From Azolla caroliniana (lineage: Eukaryota > Plantae > Polypodiophyta): DNA of 64,000 bases. Under the pieces are notes generated by a model that worked only from the letters and a program-made list of their open reading frames with translations, had not been told where the DNA came from and did not search any database. This document shows positions 27,616 through 36,537 of the stretch, piece by piece (position 1 is the stretch's first letter; every line of letters starts with the position of its first letter). The translations under genes and the position numbers were made by a program. Where the stretch lies: the NCBI GenBank assembly GCA_043228905.1, contig JBHGNT010000010.1, forward strand, positions 22,134,001 to 22,198,000. Direction: 5' to 3'.

Positions 27616-27787
27616 TGTCGAATACATGTGTATAATGGACGTATTCACACTATCCCGTTTTGGCCATTTATGTAATTAGCATAAAGGGTAGTTGCCCTAA
27701 GTCGGTCACTATATATAGTGACCTTGTAACCTTTTTGTAAGGTTGGGTGTTGTATTATTGCTTTATGGAATAAGGAGTCTTGTGTGC

Positions 27788-27819
<32 letters not shown>

Positions 27820-27909
27820 GTGCAACGACCTACAAACTGTCATACGCAGGTATTCAGAACACAATCAAATGCTACTTGATCTTCCGCACAGACGACTTTG
27901 TCTCCAACA
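27616..27909 (+). repeat. 3' LTR of copia B
   Basis: TG...CA direct repeat followed by TSD CTTGG. Confidence 0.95.
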
Positions 27910-30429
27910 CTTGGATCGTTAGCGACTTCCTTCATCTTTTGCCAGCTATCTTCCGGTAGCGGAACTGCAACTGGCTTGATCTTCTTATCCACCGTTTTAT
28001 ATTTCGGTTGATGTCAGCTTCCTTCATCGAGATGCCACGACGGTATTCATCGATGATAGCGTACATGTTGACGGAGTTAACCGAAATCACGCGTTGGTTG
28101 TGAAGATAGCTCAAGTCCACGACGTCCTCGATTTCGCCGATGGTGTCGTTAAATGAGGCTTCTTCCATAATATGAGTCACGAACTCTCCTTCTTCTATTA
28201 TGTTCTCTTCTTTCAGCATCTTCTCGAATTCTTGTATCCGGCGCTTGTGCTTCTTGTCGGGTAGTACTAGTTTACATGCGCCACTAGGTGTGACACATGT
28301 TGCTTCTCCTTGCAATCCACGCACTCTTCTTTCTTGTGGGGTCTTGTGATTGCTCGGACTATTTGTGCCCCATGCTTCAATAGTCCGCTCTAAAAATCCG
28401 AGGATTCGCCTCCGAGACTATCTCGATTCCTTTCATGATTGGCTCGCACCATTAGGAATTGGACCGATCTTTGGTTGTCAAGACTCTTTATTCGTGCGAA
28501 GGCTGCTCCATTATCGAACACTTTGGTCTCCATCCGAGATGATGTGATATAAGGTTGCCCTAGGATGACAGGATGCGACGCCGATTCTTGTACAAAGAAG
28601 TGTTAATCCATCTCCACATCCCTGATCGTGACTTTGACATTGGGACAAGCTCCGTACAAGTCCTCCGTAGACTTTGTTGCCGCACGAATCTTCCATCCGT
28701 GGTTTGTATTGATTGGCCATCTTCCCTTTTTGTAGAAGTCGGTTGACATGAGGTTGATCTCCGAGCCGTGGTCGATCAAGGCTACGACGATCTCTTTCTT
28801 CTCCCTAATCTTCACCGGCTTCTCCGTTGTCGCTCGTGCCCAATGAGGTCAAGTGTAGTGGCTGTCCACCATATCTTCATCGATTTCGTCTCTTGCCATC
28901 GTTATGGCATTCGTTTTTGCTTTTTGCGGCTTTTCTTCTTCCTCGTCCGATTGTTGTCTCTTTCTCTTTACAAGGTCCACGATCGTGTCATGGAACTCCT
29001 TCTTCGTAATGCCAAGCAATTCCCTCAAGGACAAAGTTACGTGGCTATCAAGAACTCATTCTTCGAGAATCTTCTTTAGGTCTGTCGTCTGCTCTATGTC
29101 GGACCTTAGCTTGTAGGTAGGTATAGTCCTTGTCCTCCGAGCGGGGTCTTCGATACCAACCTTCACGGGCCGAACCGTTTCTTCAACTCGTATGCTCGGC
29201 TCCCCTTTTCGGCTTGATTCTCGTTCCTCCGTTTCTAAAGGTCGACTCGTCTCCGCATCGTCCTTCTTTTTCGCGTTCCTTGTTTCATGTCTTTTTGATG
29301 GGCCTTGCTCTTCTATTCTCTTTCTCTTTTCTTCGACGAACACCTCGTGGTTGTCGCACATCACCTCTGCGAGTATGGTGTTGTCGTCCACCGGATCCAA
29401 CCACCCAGTTATGCTTTGCACGCTTCGGTCCGCAAGCTCTACCTCGTTCGATGTGACTTTTCCCTTCTTCTCATATTTGAGAACAGAAGTCCAAAACTTT
29501 GCTCCCGCTCTAGCAGCTTCAGTCTTGTCTTTCCCGACTCTTATTCCGGCCGACGCAGCATAGTGCATCGCATCCACATGAGTCGCATCAGCATCCTCCA
29601 TAGATTTCTTCATTCCTCCTCTTCCGAAATTCACCCGTAGGGGTCTTCTAGTCTCGCTTGAGCAGATCATGTTATCTTCAATGATGTCATCATCAATCTT
29701 CTTTTCTTCCACGTTACTTTGTCTTGGTGGCTCAGCTACTTTCGGCGGTCTTGCTTTCTCCGTGGTAGTCGGTCTCGTCAAGTCGGTGTCATCAACCCAT
29801 TGGCGACACTTGTCGAGCCTATTGCATGCCCGCTTCACCGCGATCCAGTCCGCTACGAGCCCATTTGCTTGGGTATCATCTTCGAGAAGAGTCCCCAACT
29901 CCCGTCTATCCTTTATGTCCACGGCCTTCAAGAAGTACAAAGTCTTGTCCTCTTCAAGCAACACTTGGTTTGTGTTGGGGAGACGACTAAACATCTGGTC
30001 GAATTCGTCGTACACCCTTGAGACGCTCATCTTCTTATTCTTCTTCTCTATCCACTTCATCAGGGCATGTCGAGTCATCCTCGTTGAGTCTTCAGTCACA
30101 AACTCCGCTAGTATCGTTTTCTCGAACTCGGACCATGTTGTCTTACCTTCTTGAAGCTCGATGACGCGTCTTTGGATGTTGTTGGCGACAACTCTCTTGA
30201 AGCTTGCGATTTGACGTGCCTCAGACACGTCCCTCTAATTCATCTCCCTTCTATATGCATCAAGGAACTTCGTAACGTTCCTTCCATCAAATTGGCCCTC
30301 GAGCTCTACAACACGATCGACAACCTTCTCCACGCTCGCGTCGTTGTCCCAAGATCTCATCATTTGCTTGACGATTAGCATCATCCTTTCGAGCTCTCCC
30401 GCTTGGTTGCTTGAGGATGCCATCTCCAA
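27910..30429 (-). pseudogene. Gypsy gag and aspartic protease region, degenerate
   Basis: Consecutive minus ORFs 30235-30429, 29056-30228, 28849-29034 and 28603-28815 are separated by single stops; FDGRNVTKFL gag start and IDHGSEINLM protease motif. Confidence 0.85.
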
Positions 30430-30464
30430 GTATTAATCTCGACTTGATCCTTCCTACCGCCTCT

Positions 30465-30482
30465 TTCACGTCGGGTTCACCA
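30465..30482 (-). promoter_or_regulatory. Primer binding site complementary to the tRNA-Trp 3' end (gypsy)
   Basis: Plus strand TTCACGTCGGGTTCACCA matches the plant cytosolic tRNA-Trp 3' end including CCA (recalled, not searched); it lies between the LTR and gag. Confidence 0.85.
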
Positions 30483-30490
30483 CTTAATTA

Positions 30491-31590
30491 TGTCGTGAAG
30501 ATCCGTCACTATGTGGGGATAGTGAGGCGGAACCGCCGGGGTTCTGGACCGGAAGGATTCAAAGTCGATACAAGCTTTGGCGAGAAAGTACTTAAGATAG
30601 ATTGGGAAAGATTGATTGAAGTTTTATCTTTGGATTTAAGAAACAAGTTACACTATCAATTTGATAACGAATTTCTTCTTCTTAATTTCATAATAAAAAA
30701 AAACCGTGTTTTTTCTCCTCCCCCTTCCTTCTTTTATAGATGCTCTCATGCATATGATGCATGTGAGGGTACAAGACATGCATAAATTGCATGTTTGCCA
30801 TTTGGCGCTTATGTATTACATGTGGTGCCAATTGACTCCTAACTTGGAGGTGCAAGGTTCGAATCCTTACTTGCCCTCCTTGTATATGTAAATATGTATA
30901 TATATTTATATATTTATATATTTATTTATCTAGTCGTCGGACGCCGGTTCGCCGGATGCTGTCGGTTACCGGTGCCTCGCCGAATGCTGTCACCGGATAC
31001 TGGTGCCTCGCCGGATGCCGTCACTGGATGTCGCCGCCTCGCCGTCACCGGATTGCCGTCGGATGCCAGTGTCTCACTAGCGCCGGATGCCGTCGGATCA
31101 CCGTCGCCAGATTGCCGTCGGATCACCGTCGCCAGATTGCCGTCGGATCACCGTCGTCGGATTGCCGTCGGATGCCGCCGGATCACCGGCTCCATCGTCG
31201 GTCCGGTTTTGGTTGGCCAAAACCCTTTACGAGTAGCTAGCCCACCTCCACTCTTAGTTCAAGTTACCTTGAACTCTCTATGCTCCACACATAAACACAA
31301 AGATAATATCTTTTGCTCCACCTTATATATGATGAGAGCCGTATTTGTCGTGCCTATGTGGGATATCTCACAATTTTCTCTTTTCCTTTCACAAACTTTA
31401 TACCCTCATATCTTGACATTTAGTTGTTTGTTTCTCGTGTAATAAAGTGCATTCGAAACCTCCATCATTTTGTACTTAGATATTAAATTTATTTAAAATG
31501 GTATCTTCATAATTATTGTACTATGTGATTCATACTCGATTTCGGACGTTTTATGGGATTTTCACACTATTGCCGAAAATCTTCACGACA
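30491..31590 (-). repeat. 5' LTR of the gypsy element (1100 bp)
   Basis: Perfect 12-bp terminal inverted repeat TGTCGTGAAGAT...ATCTTCACGACA, 8 nt from the PBS. Confidence 0.85.
30932..31205. repeat. GC-rich tandem repeat inside the gypsy LTR (core GGATCACCGTCGCCAGATTGCCGTC, 25 bp)
   Basis: About three near-perfect 25-bp units plus degenerate CCGGATGCCGTC-type units. Confidence 0.85.
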
Positions 31591-32786
31591 GCGCTCAATA
31601 TTTTGTTGTTTCTCTTCAAGGCACCACATCCAATGTATCTTTTTCTCTTGAATTGAACTACCAGGAGCCAATCTTTTATGGTCGTCATACGACATTTGTT
31701 CTGCACCGTGGATTACCGCATTTGGAAAACGCAATAAGTGTTGGGAAACTGGTCCCTCTGGATGGGAAGAGTACACGCCAAATTGAATAGAGAGTTGACA
31801 GGAAATTCAAATAATCAAAAATCGACAAATCAAATGATCGATTTAATAGCCGATTCGGGAGACTAATTTTGTAAATAGTCTTAATGTGCCCCTATGGGCC
31901 ATATTTGTAAATAGCCCAGAAAGTTGTATTACTATAAATACAACTAGAGCAAACTTTATGATAGTGTGTAGTAAATCATTAGTAGAGTTGTGTTAATAAT
32001 TAGGTAATTAAGCAAGGGTTAATTAGTACCTAATTATGTGATTAAGTTAAGCGGAAGATCAAGTGATATGTGTGTGTATGTGTGTGTGAGGAAGAGAGAG
32101 AGGAAGTTACACTTATGAACTCAAAGACAATATGGGGGATGATAAACTAGAGTGTATATTATAAAACATCATCAAATACAAAAATACCTACAATGAGGTA
32201 TATATAGATCTCATGTGCAAGGGTGCACATGTGTGAGGATAATATAGGTACAAAAGTGTAAGTCCTATATTAAATGTACTTAGGAGTGGAGGATCTAGAA
32301 TATCGCACTTAAGTACAAGGTCCTATTTAAGGCGTTATAGTCAACACTTCTAACTAGATTCTATCTAGGTAACTACGAAGTTACATGGTTGACTAACTAC
32401 CTAAACTAAGTTGAGCTTGATCTCTCAACAAGTTGAATATAGTTGTATAGTTACTGACGAGGTTGTTGTCTCTGTAATTAAGAGAGAGAGAGAGAGAGAG
32501 TTATTGAATATCTACTCGGTAACCGTTAGTCAGTTAGATGAAGACGATCTTGAGGTCGTAACCTCAGAGTTTCTTATTGTACTTCCTCTCGACATAGTGA
32601 TTTAGTTTGGAGTTTGTGGACTCCACGTGGTTTTTCCCATTCGGGTTTTCCCCGTTAAAATTCTTGTGTCTCTGTATCTTTTCATTACTCTTCTTTGTTT
32701 TTTGTCTAAGCATTGTCTTACTTGTTTTCTCTGCACCCGAATACGTAGACGAGGAACGGGTTGTGGCTGGTTACGATCCTAATAAG

Positions 32787-35385
32787 TGGTATCAGAGCGA
32801 TGGTCAAACATTTTGGTGAAATGTTCAAGTTAACCGGCTCCAACTACTCATTGTGGAAGATGAAGATGGGGGATATGCTCGTGTGCAAAGACCAATCGCT
32901 GTCGGTGCAATACGACAAGACCAAACCTGACAAGATCAATGCATCGACTTGGGAAGTCATGCATCTGAAGGCAACGGCATACGTGAGGTGTTTTATAGAC
33001 ATGAATCTATACAACAACTTCAACGAGGAGACAAATGCCGAAGTTTTGTGGAAGAAGATCGGGTTCATGTTCGAGAACAAGAACACTGTTAACAGAGTAT
33101 CAATCTTCCAGAAGATCATGAAACTGAGGTATCAGGATGGCTGCAACATGACAGAACACCTAAACACTTTCCAAGGACTTATCAATTAGACCACCTCTCT
33201 AAAAGTACCTCTTGCCTACGAGGTATTAGCATTATTGTTTTCGGGATCTATTCTGGACATTTGGGAAACACTCGTTGTCACATTGGGCAACGCCGAATCG
33301 AAAGGGAAACATTTATCCCTAGAGCAGGTGAAGTTGAGGTTATTAAATGACGAAGCTCACCGGAAGGACAAAGAGACCATTGCCGACCCGAGGCCCTTAG
33401 TCACGGAAAGTGACACAAATTGAGGAAGAGGCTGGAATCGAAGTCCCCAGAATTGAGATAAGTCGGGGACAAGGTTGAAGTCGAGGGGGAGGTCCACATG
33501 CTTCTATTGCAGGAAGCTGAGGCATTTCCACAAAAATTGTCAACACTTTCGAAAAGAGAAAGGGGGCGCCGACGGTGTTCGGCGAAGAAGATACCAAACA
33601 ACAAGAACACCTTGGCGATCACGACAAGTGAGGAGGAGTTGTTGCTCATTAGTGAGCAAAACGAAGTGAACCTTGTCGACGATGAATCGACCTGGATGTT
33701 TCACCTAACCCCCAACCAGAAGTGCTTATCATCATACAAGCCCTGAGACCATGGTCTTGTAAAGATGGGAAATGAAGGAGCATGCCGAATTGTCAGCATA
33801 GGAGATGTCTGTTTGGAAACATCCACCTGGTGTAGACTGGTATTGAGAGATGTTCGACGCATTTCGGAAGTCAGGTTGAATATGATATCAGCCGGTAGGT
33901 TGGATGATGAAGGACAACGGGTGGCATCCGAAACGGTGTCATGAAGTTTCGTCGAGGAAGCCTGATCGTGGCCCAAGCCTGGAAAACAAACACACTATAT
34001 CTGTCGCATGCTTAATTATGACGAAACGAGGTAAACGTGGCAGCCGACACTATCTGAGAACTGTGGCACGAGAGGTTGTGCCATATGAGCGAGAAGGGGA
34101 TGCAGAGACTTGCCAAAGACAACCTCATTCATAAGGTGAAGAATGTGCAACTTGAGGAGTACACTGATTGCTTGGCCGACAAGCAAAACCAAACTTCCTT
34201 ATGAACCAAGGCCCCGACAAGGAAGAGAATGACGTTGGAACTCGTGCATACCAACGTATGTTATGTGGACTCAAAGACTCATGTTGGTTCACGGTACTTC
34301 GTGACCTCCATAGATGACTATAGTCAAAAGTTGTGGGCTTCCGTCTTGAAAAAGGACCATGTGTCATCCATTTTCAAGGAGTTCCAAGCAAGAGCCGAGA
34401 GAGAAACCGGCCGAAAATTGAAGGCAGTCTGAGCGGACAATGGAGGCGAATATTGAGGGCAGTTTGAGGAGTATTGTCGATCGAAGGGAATCCGACTCGA
34501 ATACACCATGCTGAAGACGCCAGAGCTAAACAAGCTGGCCGAGAGGATGAACCGGACCATTATGGAAAGGGTCTGAAGTATGCTAGCACATGCAAAGTTG
34601 TCCAAGACGTTCTAGGCTGAGGCACTGATGACAACGGTGTACATGATAAATAGATCACCCTCGGCACCCTTGGACGGAAATGTTCCACAGAGAGTGTGGA
34701 CCGGTAAAGACGTGTCAAACTAACACTTGAAGGTGTTCGGTTTTCTTGCTTATGTGCATGTAGCTAAGGACCAAAGGGAAAAATTAGATCCGAAAACTCG
34801 GCCATGCATATTTCTCTAATACGGTGATGAAGGGCCCCTCATGGATTTCCGGATGAAGAACTTGTATTGCTAAACAATGAGGGGAATCGAAAAGCAGCGA
34901 GGAAGCAAAGAGAGAGTTGTTGAGTGCCATGCAAGAGGAGATGGATTCCTTGCATAAGAACCACACGTATAAATTGACCGAGTTGCCGAAAGGGAAAACA
35001 ACACTCCAGAATAAGTGGGTATACAAGCTGAAACCAGGAGATGGCGGGACTTCACCCAGATATAAAGCTCGAATTGTCGCAAAAGGCTTTCAACAGCATA
35101 AGGGTGTCGATTTCAACGAAATATTTGCCCTGGTTGTAAAGATGACGTCAATCCGAATAGTGTTGAGCATAGCGGCCAACATGGATCTCGAAGTCGAGCA
35201 ACTAAACGTCAAGACTGCCTTATTGCATGGAGATTTGGAGGAGGAGATATATATGCAATAGCTAGACGGATTCGTGAAGAAAGAGAAGGAAACTTTGGTA
35301 TGCTGATTACAGAAGAGCTTATACGGATTGAAGCAAGCACCACGACAATGGTACCGAAAGTTCAAATCCTTCATGGTGGATCACT
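32787..35385 (+). mobile_element. Decayed, truncated Ty1/copia element C
   Basis: PBS TGGTATCAGAGC 32787-32798, then fragmented gag (KLTGSNYSLWK), CFYC knuckle, integrase (IDDYS, DNGGEY) and RT (YKARIVAKG, LYGLKQAPRQWY). Many stops and frameshifts, internal deletion near 34830, ends mid-RT. LTR-like sequence lies upstream but its 5' boundary could not be fixed. Confidence 0.88.
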
Positions 35386-35826
35386 GCTTAAATAAGGCAT
35401 TTTTTAACATCTCATGAAGATATGAAATAGAGAATGCAACATATTAGCTATTTCAAATGACCCGGTGTTAACATTGTTTCATCTTGAATTTATCATTCTA
35501 ATACTCTATGAAGGATTGTAAGTCGATCGCAACCCCTCACAAAGGAAAACCTATAGATGGATGCCGATTATGGATTCATTATTTGTGATCCAACATGGTA
35601 TTGGTAGATAACCAACAACATGATCTACTTCGTGATTAGTTAACCCCACTTTAGCTGCACAATAGACATCTTCTATTAGTTCATACACACACTATGGACT
35701 TGGAATTTGCTAAGGCAATGTTAGAGTATGTAAATGGCACTGTGAATTGGGACATTTATTGTCCATGAATGATTGATATTGAGTTTCTTCTTTCCTTTGA
35801 AAAAAGGTTGTCTCCTTAAGAAATGG

Positions 35827-36537
35827 TGTCACAGACCTAGATGTCACCATAGAGTGTAAGGGTTGAACCCATGACCTCATGGTCTCCATTGGGCAACTTA
35901 CCAACTAAACTATATCCATCTGGGCATCCCATGCATTGAACACTAGAACTTTCTAGAAACTTCTAGCCTCATGCATTCTCTAAAAGTTTCCTAGCTTGCA
36001 TGCATTCTCTAGAATATTCCTAGCTTCCAATCATAGCTCCACCTTCTTGTATAAATACTTAGGTGCACCTTGATTCTAATCAAGGTGAACAATACCAGTT
36101 ATAGAAGCATAAGTTGAGTTCTTGTTCCCTTTCTCTTGTCTATTCTCTCTGTTAGTATTTAGTCTCGTCTTGGTTCTATTATGTTATACTCGTCCATGAC
36201 AGTTTGTTCACCTTCTCTTCTTGCTACCATGTATGACTCCGCCGATAACTTAAACCAAGTAATGGCAACCTTGTAACAACTTCAACTAGAAAATGAAATC
36301 CTTCGAGAATCGTTAAGAGAGCTTCAAACCGGCACATCCAACGTTATGCTAGAGGATGCATTCTCTAGAAGTTTCTAGAAAGTTCTAGTGTTCAATCTAC
36401 AATACATCAAGTTGGATTTTATACAAAGATGCCTAAATGGATGTAGCATAGTTAGAAAGGTTGCCCAATGGAAACTAGGAGGTCATGGGTTTAACCCTTA
36501 CATTCTACAAATTACAATGACATCTAGGTTTATGACA
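35827..36537. mobile_element. LTR-derived element with inverted ends and 5-bp TSD (AATGG)
   Basis: Begins TGTCACAGACCTAGATGTCA and ends TGACATCTAGGTTTATGACA; ~140-190 bp imperfect inverted arms; AATGG at 35822-35826 and 36538-36542. Confidence 0.7.

Larger units (their letters stand above)
22439..27909 (+). mobile_element. Full-length, very young Ty1/copia LTR retrotransposon B, nested in the gypsy pol
   Basis: LTRs 22439-22736 and 27616-27909 (TGTCGAATAC...CCAACA); TSD CTTGG (22434-22438, 27910-27914); PBS TGGTATCAGAGCC 22739-22751; PPT GGGGGAG before 27616. Confidence 0.97.
14036..31590 (-). mobile_element. Ty3/gypsy LTR retrotransposon, 3'-truncated and degenerate, host of two nested copia elements
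   Basis: Minus-strand order: LTR (31590-30491), tRNA-Trp PBS, gag (~30429-29056), protease ALIDHGSEINLM (~28815), RT (22438-21459; DLFSGYDQF, LPQGATNS, FLDD), RNase H (15506-14744; VDTSP, ADMLSR), integrase (14716-14036; GHRG...CKTC, DRGE, YNPEANGKIERGH). Removing each copia plus one TSD rejoins the frame (EVANDPS-LRDPKK; RRFLG-ACAFYHIWIPHY). Several nonsense codons and a frameshift near 28.0 kb; integrase breaks off at ~14040; no 3' LTR found. Confidence 0.93.

Noticed and set aside
30465-30482. tRNA-Trp gene
   Set aside because: Only the 3'-terminal 18 nt including CCA are present, in PBS position.
16153-30785. Numerous overlapping antisense or alternate-frame ORFs inside the retroelements
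   Set aside because: Expected by-products of GC-rich gag-pol coding sequence; no independent motifs.
30894-31442. 182-aa ORF in the gypsy LTR
   Set aside because: Arises from the GC-rich tandem repeat and an AT microsatellite.
31795-32785. LTR of copia C and a possible nested solo LTR ending at ~32346
   Set aside because: LTR-like composition, but no second copy or TSD to fix boundaries.
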